A DNA stretch of 64,000 bases from Candidatus Hodarchaeota archaeon (GCA_016840035.1 JAEOTC010000077.1:1-64000), one strand, 5' to 3'; shown: positions 35,455 through 45,875, numbered from the stretch's first letter. The notes: generated by a model not told the origin, from the letters alone. Numbers and translations: made by a program.

Positions 35455-37422
35455 ATGAGGAAAAGAATCCCTCAGCACATACTTGAGTTGATTTTAATCA
35501 TGACTGGCTTGAATACCATGAAAATAGGAATAATTGATTTAAGTACGGGTAAAATAGGTTTTGAAGAATTTTCATTCGAGAATATAAAATTTAAGAACTA
35601 TTTAGGTGGTGAGGGGGTGGTTATTGATTATCTTCTAAGAAATATGCCGATTGAATGTGATCCTTTATCTCCTGATAATCATCTGTGTTTTATTACTGGT
35701 CTTCTAAGTGCAACAAAAGTTCCGTTTTCTGGTAGATTTACTGTCGTATGTAAATCCCCTCTCACAGGAGGTTGGGGCGAAGCTAATTCTGGTGGTCGGT
35801 TTGGACCAGAATTACGAAAGACAGGATTTGATTCTCTGATAATCAAAGGTAAATCTAAACAATTGTCTATTATTGTTGTTATGGATAACAAAATAGAAAT
35901 TAAATCGGCAGAAGACCTCAAAGGGAAGGATTGTGTCGAAACTGAAGAAGCTCTAAAGGACACATATGGTAAGAAATGTCAAATTGCCAGTATTGGATTA
36001 GCTGGAGAAAATATGGTTCTAATTTCAGGAATAGTCACAGATAAAGGCCGAATTGCAGCTCGGAGTGGTGTTGGGGCAGTAATGGGCTCAAAAAACCTTA
36101 AAGCTATCGTAGCAAAAGGAAATAAACCAATTTACGTTGCAGATCCCTCTGGTCTCAATGAACTCAGGAAATTAGTTAATAAACGCATCAATAAAGGCAT
36201 TAGTCCTCTTCTAAAACCAGGATTAAAAGCCTCTACTGCTTTTGCTCCCTGGATTAGACGATTCGGAATTAAGAACTATGGTTCAATGAGTCCGAGTAAT
36301 ATGATAATAGAAGGTTATCGTAGATGGGGAACTTGTGCGGGACCTGCTATCGCCGTTGAAACCGGGGATGCCCCAATAAAAAACTGGAAGGGCTCATACC
36401 TTGATTTTCCTCTTAAGAAAAGCACTAAAATTACTGGTGATAATGTTACAAAGTATCAAATTAAAAACTATGGCTGTCACAGTTGCCCTATGGCCTGTGG
36501 GGGAATAATGAGATATTCAAATGAGAATTTTACCCTCGAAGAAACACACAAACCCGAATATGAGACTCTAATCATGCTTGGAGCAAATTTGTTAAACGAT
36601 GATCTTGGTTCGATATATCAATTGAATGATTACTGTAATCGTCAGGGTTTGGATACTATTGCTTCTGGAGGGGTCCTAGCATTTATTATTGAAATGTTAG
36701 AAAAAAAAGAAATTGCACAAGAACAACTTGGTGGCCTAAATCCAGTTTGGGGAGATCCTACAGACTATTTAGCTATCCTGAAATTAATTACTAAGAGAAA
36801 AGGCCTTGGAGAAGTTTTCGCAGATGGTTTCATCCGTGCTACTGAGAAATTCCCTACTACCTCAGGAGTACATATTCAGAACCAAGCTCTTCCTGCTCAT
36901 GATCCACGATTTTCTAATAGTCTTTTGCTTTCCTATAGATTAGATCCCGCACCGGGAAGACATACCCCATTCATGGAATTAATGATCGATCTAGCAAAAT
37001 TCAGTCAAATGTTTCCTGAGCTTCCTAAAAACAAGCGTATATCCAATTTTTATTGCTATCACAAAACAGTTTCCACTTTAGGTTTGTGTCAGTTTAGTTT
37101 ACTCACTGGAAATTTTCCTGTCCTTGAATTTGTGAACTTAATTACAGGGTTTAACCTGTCAATTGAAGATCTCATAATGATCGGCGAGAGGATTCTTAAT
37201 TTAAAGCATATTTTTAATTTACGGGCAGGAATAAATCCTCTCGATTATAAACTTCCCTCTAGAGCGTTAGAAAAAGCTAATCATGGGCCTAATAAAGCTA
37301 TATCCAGTAAAGTCGAAAGAGAACTAATTATGGGATTTCTTGAATCTTTAAACTGGGACACTAAAACAACCAAACCGAATATTGACCGATTGAAGGCTCT
37401 TGGGATTGAGGAATTCAGCTAA
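35455..37422 (+). CDS. aor: Tungsten aldehyde:ferredoxin oxidoreductase (AOR family)
   Basis: YLGG.G, KSPLTG..GEANSGG, ARSGVGAVMGSKNLKAI, CHSCPMACG, PEYET, GLDTI, HDPR, GLCQF, GERI; start may be 35500 or 35518. Confidence 0.9.
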   Translation: MRKRIPQHILELILIMTGLNTMKIGIIDLSTGKIGFEEFSFENIKFKNYLGGEGVVIDYLLRNMPIECDPLSPDNHLCFITGLLSATKVPFSGRFTVVCKSPLTGGWGEANSGGRFGPELRKTGFDSLIIKGKSKQLSIIVVMDNKIEIKSAEDLKGKDCVETEEALKDTYGKKCQIASIGLAGENMVLISGIVTDKGRIAARSGVGAVMGSKNLKAIVAKGNKPIYVADPSGLNELRKLVNKRINKGISPLLKPGLKASTAFAPWIRRFGIKNYGSMSPSNMIIEGYRRWGTCAGPAIAVETGDAPIKNWKGSYLDFPLKKSTKITGDNVTKYQIKNYGCHSCPMACGGIMRYSNENFTLEETHKPEYETLIMLGANLLNDDLGSIYQLNDYCNRQGLDTIASGGVLAFIIEMLEKKEIAQEQLGGLNPVWGDPTDYLAILKLITKRKGLGEVFADGFIRATEKFPTTSGVHIQNQALPAHDPRFSNSLLLSYRLDPAPGRHTPFMELMIDLAKFSQMFPELPKNKRISNFYCYHKTVSTLGLCQFSLLTGNFPVLEFVNLITGFNLSIEDLIMIGERILNLKHIFNLRAGINPLDYKLPSRALEKANHGPNKAISSKVERELIMGFLESLNWDTKTTKPNIDRLKALGIEEFS

Positions 37423-37590
37423 GACTCTTCATTATCCAATCCTTGACTAATTTCTGTAGTGTAACTCTACTCATTGTTGTCTTTCAATACATCGTAAAGA
37501 CAGAATCCTTTTGTAATCATCAATTCCACATTGATATTACCTCCAAAATTCGAATCAGAGACAACTAATTTACACGATTGGTGGAATCTT

Positions 37591-37926
37591 ATGTCTGAAG
37601 AAGAATATGTTACGATGATCCACAAATTTAGGGAGAATTTTCTAACTGATAAAGCAAAAAAAACCTTTAGAAAATGGAATAAAACAATGGCTTTTGAATT
37701 TACAGATCTAGAGAAGACATTTTACTTTCTTGTTGAAGCGGGATCTCCCAATGAAGTTATAGAAGGAGAACCAGTGAAAGCAGACGTTAAAATTATTACG
37801 GATTCCAATACCTGGGTTGGTGTAATGAAGGGAGAAATTGGTGGCATGAAAGCTTATACCTCTAAGAAACTCAAGGTAAAAGGTAGAATGCCTGATCTTT
37901 TAAAACTGCAAAAACTGATGAAATAG
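37591..37926 (+). CDS. SCP2 sterol/lipid-binding domain protein
   Basis: EG...ADV.I......W...M.GE.....AY..KKLKVKG...DL.KL; ATG 37591 with a GGTGG SD (track start 37531). Confidence 0.85.
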   Translation: MSEEEYVTMIHKFRENFLTDKAKKTFRKWNKTMAFEFTDLEKTFYFLVEAGSPNEVIEGEPVKADVKIITDSNTWVGVMKGEIGGMKAYTSKKLKVKGRMPDLLKLQKLMK

Positions 37927-37954
37927 TTACCTATCTATCTCCAATTGATATCAT

Positions 37955-38596
37955 ATGAAATGGTGGATTCAAGTGTCAGATCATGAAAGAAAAGTTGAAT
38001 TATGTAAGACTATGAAAGAGCTGTATAAAGAAAAAATCCTAACAGATATTGGGGGAAATCTAAGTTTTCGTTCTCTTGAAGAACCAGAGAAGTTCTTTTG
38101 GATTACTCCCTCTGGTAAGAAAAAAGATCTCGTCGAACCAGAAGATTTAATTAAGATGACACTTGAGGGAGAAGAGTTAAACAATGATAACGATCTTTCT
38201 CCAAGCGTAGAATGGCCCATTCATCTCCGCATTTATCAAGAAGATGAGGATTTTCAATTTATTGTTCACTCTCATGCTCCTCTCGCAACAGCTTATTCAA
38301 TCCTAGCTAACCCTCCCAAAATCCCACCTCTTACCGCTGAATTAGGATTCTTAGTTCCAGAGATTGTCATGGTACCTTATAAGCAAAGTGGATCTGAAGA
38401 ACTGGGAGAAGCCGTTGCTGAATTATTATGGGATAGTCAAACCCTTATTTTAGAAAATCACGGTGTTGTAGCTGTTAGCGAAGAATCTTTTCAGAATGCT
38501 GCAATAAAAACACGAGCATTAGAAGAATATTTTCAAATTTATCTTAACACTAAAAAGTTTGGAGGGCAAATTCGTCCTTTTCCAGGATTTGATTAG
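37955..38596 (+). CDS. Class II aldolase/adducin family (fuculose/rhamnulose-phosphate aldolase-like)
   Basis: GGNLS.R, ITPSG, PSVEWPIH, VHSH, LENHGVV; start may be GTG 37973. Confidence 0.9.
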   Translation: MKWWIQVSDHERKVELCKTMKELYKEKILTDIGGNLSFRSLEEPEKFFWITPSGKKKDLVEPEDLIKMTLEGEELNNDNDLSPSVEWPIHLRIYQEDEDFQFIVHSHAPLATAYSILANPPKIPPLTAELGFLVPEIVMVPYKQSGSEELGEAVAELLWDSQTLILENHGVVAVSEESFQNAAIKTRALEEYFQIYLNTKKFGGQIRPFPGFD

Positions 38597-38610
38597 GTTG
38601 TGGGGAAATC

Positions 38611-40122
38611 ATGCCAGATTATTACCTTTCACTTGATGCAGGAACAAGTGGAGGAAAAGCTGTTGTTCTTGATGATCGAGGTTATGTAATTGGCTATTCT
38701 AAGACTGCGTGGAATCATCTTTACTTCATACCCGAGGATCTAGACCCATATGGGAGTGAATTCAAACCCGAACAGTTTTGGGATATTCTTCTACAAACTG
38801 CAAATGAAGCAATACTTAATTCGAAAATTTCCTCTAGAGACATAACAGCTATCACGGCTACTTCTCAGAGACACGGTTGTGTTTTTTTTGATGATAAAGG
38901 TATACCTCTGTATGCTGGACCTAACCGAGATGCTCGTGGACTTGAAGTCGATACTGAGGAGATAATGCCTAATGAGGAATTATATGAAATAACTGGCCAT
39001 GGTCTTCCTTTCCTATTCGCCTTAACAAGGCTATTATGGTTTAAAGAAAATGAAGAAGATGTATATGACAAAATCAAACATCTTCTGTCCATTGATGGTT
39101 GGGTAAATTTTAGATTAACAGGCAATTATACTATTGACGATACTGCTGCAGCTGAAACACTACTTTTTGATATCAAACACCGAAAATGGTCTGATAAGAT
39201 ACTCTCTGAATTTGAGATTCCTCATGAAATACTCCCAGAAAAGTATGAGTATGGAAAAGTCATTGGTACCATTACTCCAGCAATTGCTTCACTTCTCGAT
39301 CTAAATTCCAATACTCCAGTTGTTATGAATGCCGCTGATACTCAAGCATCAATTCTCGGATGTGGAGGAATAAAGGAAAACACACTTGGGATTGTTGCGG
39401 GTTCCACAATGCCTTTACAAATGATAATTGATAAACCGATTATTGACTCCGAACAGAAGATTTGGACAGGAGCATTTCCAAATAATCTTTGGGTTCTTGA
39501 ATCGAATGCTGGATCAGTTGGAGACATCCACAAATGGTTTATTGACTCAATTCTTACTCCACTCGGGGTGGAGAATCCTTACGACAAATTTGAATCTTTA
39601 GTACTTACAAAACCACCTGGTAGTGGTGGAGTAATTGCAAACCTAGGTCCACAGGTGTTTTCATCTCAAGCAATGCTTTCAGTTCCTATTTACGGTGGAT
39701 TCTCCTTTACGCCTATTGCTTATTCATTTGATACTCCAGTAAATATTGCTGGATTCTCTCGATCTGTTGTAGAGAATATTGCTTTCGCAGCACGTGCGAA
39801 TTACGACCAAATTCTAGCAATAAGTGGAAAACAGGCAACAGAAACTCTTTTGATGGGAGGAGTTGCCCGATCAAAAGTTCTTTGTCAAATCCTTGCTAAT
39901 GTTCTAAACTGTGAGATTAAAACATTTTTACCAGAAGGAGCTTCTGTATCAGGTGCATTCGCAGCAATGATTGGTACAGAAAAATACAGCAATTTAGAAG
40001 AAGTAGTTCAGATCATTTCTGATTTTTCCATTTATTATCCTCAACAAGACCAATTCGATGAATATGAAGCATTATATCCTGAATGGAAGGCCCAATATCA
40101 GAAATCTTTTGAGGAAGATTAA
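38611..40122 (+). CDS. FGGY-family carbohydrate kinase, LsrK/YoaC-like
   Basis: LDAGTS...W.HL...GSEF, TSQRHG, N.DAR, RLLW, ADTQ, LESNAG, GGVARS. Confidence 0.88.
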   Translation: MPDYYLSLDAGTSGGKAVVLDDRGYVIGYSKTAWNHLYFIPEDLDPYGSEFKPEQFWDILLQTANEAILNSKISSRDITAITATSQRHGCVFFDDKGIPLYAGPNRDARGLEVDTEEIMPNEELYEITGHGLPFLFALTRLLWFKENEEDVYDKIKHLLSIDGWVNFRLTGNYTIDDTAAAETLLFDIKHRKWSDKILSEFEIPHEILPEKYEYGKVIGTITPAIASLLDLNSNTPVVMNAADTQASILGCGGIKENTLGIVAGSTMPLQMIIDKPIIDSEQKIWTGAFPNNLWVLESNAGSVGDIHKWFIDSILTPLGVENPYDKFESLVLTKPPGSGGVIANLGPQVFSSQAMLSVPIYGGFSFTPIAYSFDTPVNIAGFSRSVVENIAFAARANYDQILAISGKQATETLLMGGVARSKVLCQILANVLNCEIKTFLPEGASVSGAFAAMIGTEKYSNLEEVVQIISDFSIYYPQQDQFDEYEALYPEWKAQYQKSFEED

Positions 40123-40156
40123 ATTTATACCTGATTGTTCATCTTGGTGGCAATGA

Positions 40157-41170
40157 ATGAAAATTCTGATTACTACTCCCTTTACTGAATCGGGATTACA
40201 CGCTCTAAACGAATCTAGAGATTTAGAAGTAATTTATGAAAATTGGCGGGAAACTGGGGTTCTGTATTTTGATGAGGATGAACTGATTGAGAAGCTTAAT
40301 TCAGGTAAGATTGACATTTTTATTACTGAAGCTGATGAAGTAGATGCAAAAGTAGTCGAGAAAACAGATCTGAAGCTGATAGGTTGCACCCGTGGGACTC
40401 CAGTTAATGTTGATCATGAATCAGCCTTAAAAAAAGGTATTCCCGTTATTTACACCCCGTTTCGGAATGCTGATGCGGTTGCTGATTTAACTGTTGCCAT
40501 GATGCTTTCACAGGCGCGAAAAATAGTTGAATTAGACCGATTTCTTCGTACTGGAGATTTTGATGTTTCGGATTTAGATGAAGACGGTTTTACTAAATTT
40601 TTGGCAAAATATATGGGGGTGGAGCTTGGTGGACTTACAATTGGTATAATTGGATTTGGTCAAATTGGTCAACGAGTTGGAAAACGTTTATTCCATGGTT
40701 TTGGATCAAAAATCATCTATTATGACCCGTTTATACCTGAAGATCATGCTGTTGTGGCAGAAATTAAAGCTACTAAGGTAGAATTAGAAATTCTTATGAA
40801 AACATCTGATATGATAACAATTCACACTCCTCCTATCGAAGAAGCTGAAGAATTAATCAGTGATACAATGTTTCGCTTAATGAAACCCACTGCACAATTT
40901 TTCAATCTTTCTCGCTCCTTCTGCATCGATGAAGACGCATTATTTGATGCTTTGGAGAACAATCGCATCGCTGGGGCAGGATTAGATGTATTCGATGATG
41001 AACCAGTGGATTCGGATAACCGTTTTTTAAAATTTGATAATGTTACGGTAATGCCCCACTTTGGAGGCAATACTCGAGACGTTATCACCCATCAAACAAA
41101 TATGATTGTTGAAGATATTCTCAATTTTCTGAACGGTCGTCCATTGAAATACATGTGGAGTGGAGATTAA
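40157..41170 (+). CDS. D-isomer-specific 2-hydroxyacid dehydrogenase (YoaD-like)
   Basis: GCTRGTPVNVD, NADAVADL, GIIGFGQIG, YYDP, N.SR, GAGLDVF..EP, PHFGG. Confidence 0.9.
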   Translation: MKILITTPFTESGLHALNESRDLEVIYENWRETGVLYFDEDELIEKLNSGKIDIFITEADEVDAKVVEKTDLKLIGCTRGTPVNVDHESALKKGIPVIYTPFRNADAVADLTVAMMLSQARKIVELDRFLRTGDFDVSDLDEDGFTKFLAKYMGVELGGLTIGIIGFGQIGQRVGKRLFHGFGSKIIYYDPFIPEDHAVVAEIKATKVELEILMKTSDMITIHTPPIEEAEELISDTMFRLMKPTAQFFNLSRSFCIDEDALFDALENNRIAGAGLDVFDDEPVDSDNRFLKFDNVTVMPHFGGNTRDVITHQTNMIVEDILNFLNGRPLKYMWSGD

Positions 41171-41173
41171 CTC

Positions 41174-42208
41174 TCAATATTCCCTATCTAACTGAACCAC
41201 ATTCAAGTATTCTCTACTACCAAGGTGATGTCTTTTGATATTTTCAATCACTTCATTCCACCGTTTCAAGTCGGAAAAAGGAGAAGCTGCTCTGTGGGGG
41301 GATAATATAACATTGTCCAAAGCATTAAATGGAAAATGAAAAGGATATTTTCCTCCATTCTCATCTTCAAGAGGTGAATATTCGTACCAGACATCGATTG
41401 CTGCGCCCATAATTTTTTTCTGTTGTAAAGCTTCGAACAAACTCTTCTCATCGACAACAGATCCTCTACTAACATTGACTATGATTCCTTCAGATCCTAA
41501 ATGATCTAATTCTTTTTCTCCTATTAAACCAATAGTGTCTGACGTTTCTGGAACTGCAATGATTAGTACATCAATGGATTCTAGAAAACCAAGTAATTGG
41601 TTTCCACTAAACAATTTATTACCCTTTGTACTTGAAGAAGGGGATTTTCCAGTTCTGGTTAAAATCGAGAACTCGACATCAAAACCTGCAAGAAATTTGT
41701 GAACTTTAGTATTAATTGCACCATACCCCAGAAGTCCAATTCTTTTATCCCTCAAGGGGATAGAAATTGCATCCTTATCTCCTGTTCTCCATTTACCATT
41801 TTTCATCCACGTATGATGAGGGATGACTTTATTCAGGAGTGTAAGTAACATTGCTACAGCATGTTGAGCAGTAAAATAAGAATTTCCATGACCATTAATT
41901 AAAATCACATTTCGGGTCTGGTTAAGCTTTCTAAAAAAGTCAATATGATGTTTTATCCCAGTTCCAGGATTTATAAATAGTTTCATCCTTTTAGCAGTTA
42001 ATTTAACTTCATCCTTTACTCTCCATCCAATAATAATATCAGCTGAGGGAGCTAGATCTAGTAAAACCTCATCAGTTAAAGGATTAGGGAATAAAAGATT
42101 TATTCCAGAAAATTTAGCCAAGTTATCCTCAATATAGGTTTTTAATCGTGTATTTACATCCCATGTGAATAAAACATTGGTGATATTATTGGAACTCAAA
42201 TCTTTCAC
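41174..42208 (-). CDS. D-isomer-specific 2-hydroxyacid dehydrogenase
   Basis: GLLGYGAI, VNVSRG.VVDE..L, GAAIDVW, SPHRA. Confidence 0.9.
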   Translation of the reverse strand: MKDLSSNNITNVLFTWDVNTRLKTYIEDNLAKFSGINLLFPNPLTDEVLLDLAPSADIIIGWRVKDEVKLTAKRMKLFINPGTGIKHHIDFFRKLNQTRNVILINGHGNSYFTAQHAVAMLLTLLNKVIPHHTWMKNGKWRTGDKDAISIPLRDKRIGLLGYGAINTKVHKFLAGFDVEFSILTRTGKSPSSSTKGNKLFSGNQLLGFLESIDVLIIAVPETSDTIGLIGEKELDHLGSEGIIVNVSRGSVVDEKSLFEALQQKKIMGAAIDVWYEYSPLEDENGGKYPFHFPFNALDNVILSPHRAASPFSDLKRWNEVIENIKRHHLGSREYLNVVQLDREY

Positions 42209-42349
42209 TCGCTTTAGATTTTCTAAGTTGTTTAATCCGAATATTTCTGGATAATATTCAGTTTTTTCCTCTTCAAATAAGTTAAGGGAAAGGATTTTTA
42301 GGACTAAAAATCTCTAAGTGAACCAAGTTTTCCCAAAAAAAAACCATAA

Positions 42350-43615
42350 ATGGAGAGTAATCTAATGCTTGATGTTCTACTTACAGAAGAAGAGAGAGAA
42401 ATAAAATATAAGGTTAGAAAAGCTATCAAAGCTATTCCCCCCTCAATGTTACGAAAGATGGATAGAGAGGAAATTCAATACCCTACAGAATTCATTGAAA
42501 ATATGGCTAAACAAAGTTTATTGGGAATTCGCTTTCCTGCCGACTTAGGGGGATCAAATCTGAATTGGGTAGCGGAATCAGCTGTTATCGAAGAGGTAGG
42601 TGCGCTAGGTCCTGCATTGGGGTGTTTATATTCTCTTCCAAGTATTGTGGGAGAAGCAATACATCATTTTGGGACATCTGAGCAAAAGGAGAAATACTTG
42701 AAACCCATCTTAAGAGGGAAGCTTTATTGTGCAGAAGCTTTAACTGAGCCAAGAGGGGGATCTGATTTTTTTGGTGCAACATGTATGGCTGAAAAACAAG
42801 GGGATATGTTCTTACTAAATGGACAAAAACGTTTTGTGGTAGGTGCAGAAGGAGCAGATATTTTTCTAGTTTATGCAAAAACAAACCCGAAAGCTTCTGA
42901 TCCTAGAAAGTCTATAAGCACTTTTATCATGGAAAAGGGTCTAGGTGTTGAAACAAAGCATGTATATGGATTGATGGGATCAAGAGGAGGAGGTACTGGT
43001 CGTCTTTTATTTAAGGACGTTGAAGTTCCTGAAGAGAATCTTATAGGTGATTTAAATCAGGGAGGCGAAATATTCAACCAAATGATGATACCAGAACGTA
43101 TGACTTCTGCTGCAGGTGCTATTGGTGCGGCACGTGCGGGTCTTCAAGTTGCTGGTAAGTATAGTACGCGCCGTAAAGCATTTGGAAGGCCTATCAGAAA
43201 ATTCCAAGCCGTCTCATTCAAAATCTCTGAAAGTCTAACCTTACTTGATGCAGCTAGTGGTTTACTCTTTTCAGCAAGTTGTACAATTGACAAGAATAAT
43301 GGATTAACAAATGGGTTAGTGAGGCGATTAGTATCGGAAAGCAAAAAATTCGCCACAGACTCGGCTTGGGAGGTAATCAATCATGCAATGCAAATTTTAG
43401 GTGGAATTGGATATACCAACGTGTATCCAATAGAGCGACTTCTTAGAGATATTCGATTATTGAGCATCTGGACAGGTACAAATGAAATTATGAGTCTATT
43501 AATACAACATGAGTATTTCAACGAACTAAATTCAATTGATCCGTCATTTGAGCCTAGAGATGTGGAAAAGGATGCAATAGGGGCCGAATATTCGGACGAA
43601 AAAGTATACGAATAG
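42350..43615 (+). CDS. Acyl-CoA dehydrogenase
   Basis: EALTEPRGGSD, LNGQKRF, MGSRG, PER, RKAFG, QILGGIGY, IWTGTNEIM. Confidence 0.93.
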   Translation: MESNLMLDVLLTEEEREIKYKVRKAIKAIPPSMLRKMDREEIQYPTEFIENMAKQSLLGIRFPADLGGSNLNWVAESAVIEEVGALGPALGCLYSLPSIVGEAIHHFGTSEQKEKYLKPILRGKLYCAEALTEPRGGSDFFGATCMAEKQGDMFLLNGQKRFVVGAEGADIFLVYAKTNPKASDPRKSISTFIMEKGLGVETKHVYGLMGSRGGGTGRLLFKDVEVPEENLIGDLNQGGEIFNQMMIPERMTSAAGAIGAARAGLQVAGKYSTRRKAFGRPIRKFQAVSFKISESLTLLDAASGLLFSASCTIDKNNGLTNGLVRRLVSESKKFATDSAWEVINHAMQILGGIGYTNVYPIERLLRDIRLLSIWTGTNEIMSLLIQHEYFNELNSIDPSFEPRDVEKDAIGAEYSDEKVYE

Positions 43616-43675
43616 AAAGATATAATTCTGTAGTAATTCTTAACAAGTCTAAAACAATAGAAATTTGAATGAAGA

Positions 43676-43999
43676 ATGAACACCAATTCAGATAGAAATT
43701 CATCCATGGAACAAAAGACCCTCTACGAAAGTATTTTCGGAGGTGAAGGGTACTCACTTGGTGGTCCTATTTTTTATCTTGCTACAGGTCTTTTATGCCT
43801 AATAATTACTTTTCTAATAGTTTTAACAGGAATTTACGTACCTGATGTTGTTACTGATGTTCAATCTATTCGACCGGATATTAAATTTCCATTTTATGGA
43901 CTTAGTCTACTATTAGCGGGAGTAGGAGCCTTAGTTGGAATTTTTTTAGGGATAACAGGTATTTTATGGAGAAATTGGAAACAACAATTGGTAGAATAG
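43676..43999 (+). CDS. Small two-TM hypothetical membrane protein
   Basis: Two clear hydrophobic helices; occupies its own gap. Confidence 0.65.
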   Translation: MNTNSDRNSSMEQKTLYESIFGGEGYSLGGPIFYLATGLLCLIITFLIVLTGIYVPDVVTDVQSIRPDIKFPFYGLSLLLAGVGALVGIFLGITGILWRNWKQQLVE

Positions 44000-44094
44000 T
44001 GGGTACAATTTACTTCCATTACACAAAAAATTCTTTATGACAAAGAAGAGTCTCCTCATATTATGTTTTTTATGCTTGAAAATGAGAGTTATTT

Positions 44095-45675
44095 ATGTCA
44101 GTAGTGAAAACCCACCTCATACATCAAGAATATCGTGATTCTGTTCAATTAATGAGAGCAGCAGCAAGTGTTACTAAGGAAGTTGAGGGAATCCAAATAG
44201 CATCTGTATTAATGGGAACTCCTAAGAATAAACCTTTGTTAGATGAGGTGGGTTTACTTACTCCAGAAGCAAGTTCCGCTGATGCCAATGATATTGTTAT
44301 TTCGATACGTGCCGACACCTTGGCGATTGCAGATGAGGCAATAGATTTCATTATTAACTTCTTGTCTCAAACTGTTCAAGCTTCCCATGATAGTACACTC
44401 CTATATCGGTCTATCCGTGGAGCACTCGAAGGCCTACCCGATGCAAATTTAGCTGTAATATCTGTTCCTGGGGAGTATGCAGCAAGAGATTCGCATATTG
44501 CACTAATGACTGGATTAAATGTTCTTCTTTTTTCTGACAATGTTTCTTTAAGTGACGAAATTCGTTTAAAGAAAGAAGCACATGAAAAAGGGTTACTATT
44601 AATGGGCCCAGATTGTGGTACAGCAATGATAAAAAATATAGGTCTAGGATTCTGTAATATAGTGAATCCAGGTCCAATAGGAATCATTGCTGCCTCTGGT
44701 ACTGGAACTCAAGAGGTAATGACATTATGTCATCATCTTAATCTTGGTGTCACTCATGCTATTGGTACAGGATCTCGCGATGTAAAGGATTCGGTGGGAG
44801 GAATTACCATGATCGATGGATTACATGCTTTGGAACGTGATTCGTCTATAGAACTTATTATCTTAGTTTCTAAGCCACCTGAAGCAAAAACTATGGATAA
44901 AATCGTTAAAGAGATAAAAAATAGCTCAAAACCAGTAATTATTATCTTTCTCGGGAAGGAACATGGATATTGCGATATTGAGGATAAATCATTAACCGTT
45001 AATACGTTGGAAGAAGCTGCTTATGCAGCAGCTAACTTTTTTACATCCAAGAAGTTAGAGCGGTCAATAATTCGCTTCGAGGATGAGGCCAGCATCAAAG
45101 AGATCTTATATGACTCGAATCAACAGATCAAACCTAGTCAAAAATATATCCGTGGATTGTTTGCTGGAGGTACTTTTACTTTTGAATCAGCCCAAATTAT
45201 CAGAGACCTACTTTTGGAGAATGAAGTGCTGAATACCAACGTACATCTTGAAGGTACAGTTATTATTGAGGACGAAAATACAAGTAAAGGCCACACACTT
45301 ATAGATATGGGAGCTGATGAATTTACACAGGGTAAACCACATCCAATGATAGATCAAACTGAAAGAACACAAAGATTTTTACGTGAAATTAAAGATCCTG
45401 AAACTGCAGTCATTTTACTTGATTTTGTATTAGGATACGGATCTCATCCTGATCCAATTTCTGATATGGAGGATGCTTTCATGCAATGGAAGAAAATTGA
45501 TCAAAAAATCCCAATTATTGCTCATGTGTGTGGAACACAATTAGATCCACAAGATTACAATAAATCAATTGAAAGATTAACCGATCATGGGGTTATAGTA
45601 ATGCCTACTAATGCACAAGCGGCAAGACTTGCAGCTCTAATCGCTCTTAGAGAGGAGTTAAATTACATTCATTGA
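44095..45675 (+). CDS. fdrA: FdrA (AllF)-like acyl-CoA synthetase family protein, N-terminal main part
   Basis: YRDSVQLM, MGT..NK, NLAVISVPGEYA, FSDNV, MGPDCGTA, ASGTG.QE, IGTG.RD, GLFAGGT, D.G.DEFT.G.PHPMID, LLDFVLGYG.H.DP. Confidence 0.9.
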   Translation: MSVVKTHLIHQEYRDSVQLMRAAASVTKEVEGIQIASVLMGTPKNKPLLDEVGLLTPEASSADANDIVISIRADTLAIADEAIDFIINFLSQTVQASHDSTLLYRSIRGALEGLPDANLAVISVPGEYAARDSHIALMTGLNVLLFSDNVSLSDEIRLKKEAHEKGLLLMGPDCGTAMIKNIGLGFCNIVNPGPIGIIAASGTGTQEVMTLCHHLNLGVTHAIGTGSRDVKDSVGGITMIDGLHALERDSSIELIILVSKPPEAKTMDKIVKEIKNSSKPVIIIFLGKEHGYCDIEDKSLTVNTLEEAAYAAANFFTSKKLERSIIRFEDEASIKEILYDSNQQIKPSQKYIRGLFAGGTFTFESAQIIRDLLLENEVLNTNVHLEGTVIIEDENTSKGHTLIDMGADEFTQGKPHPMIDQTERTQRFLREIKDPETAVILLDFVLGYGSHPDPISDMEDAFMQWKKIDQKIPIIAHVCGTQLDPQDYNKSIERLTDHGVIVMPTNAQAARLAALIALREELNYIH

Positions 45676-45687
45676 GGAAGGATCAAT

Positions 45688-45861
45688 ATGGATACACAGA
45701 TTGACAAACTACTAAGTAACGGCCCTAAAGTAGTAAATATTGGATTACATTCATTTTTTGAAGCAGCAAAAGCTCAAGGGATTCCAACAGTCCATATCAA
45801 ATGGGAGCCACCCGCTCAAGGAAATCAGGAGTTATTACATTTATTAAATGAACTACTCTAA
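45688..45861 (+). CDS. 57-aa stand-alone FdrA C-terminal domain protein (not in ORF track)
   Basis: MDTQIDKLLSNGPKVVNIGLHSFFEAAKAQGIPTVHIKWEPPAQGNQELLHLLNELL*; VNIGL..F...Q....W.PPA.G matches the FdrA C-terminal motif; GAGG SD upstream. Confidence 0.82.
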   Translation: MDTQIDKLLSNGPKVVNIGLHSFFEAAKAQGIPTVHIKWEPPAQGNQELLHLLNELL

Positions 45862-45875
45862 GCCAGAAAAAGATA

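Noticed and set aside
45660-45700. Selenocysteine readthrough or programmed frameshift joining fdrA to the small ORF
   Set aside because: The small ORF is in frame with fdrA past a single TGA, so readthrough cannot be fully excluded. However, the TGA lies in a non-conserved linker rather than at a Cys-equivalent position, the small ORF has its own SD and ATG, and no SECIS-like element was recognised
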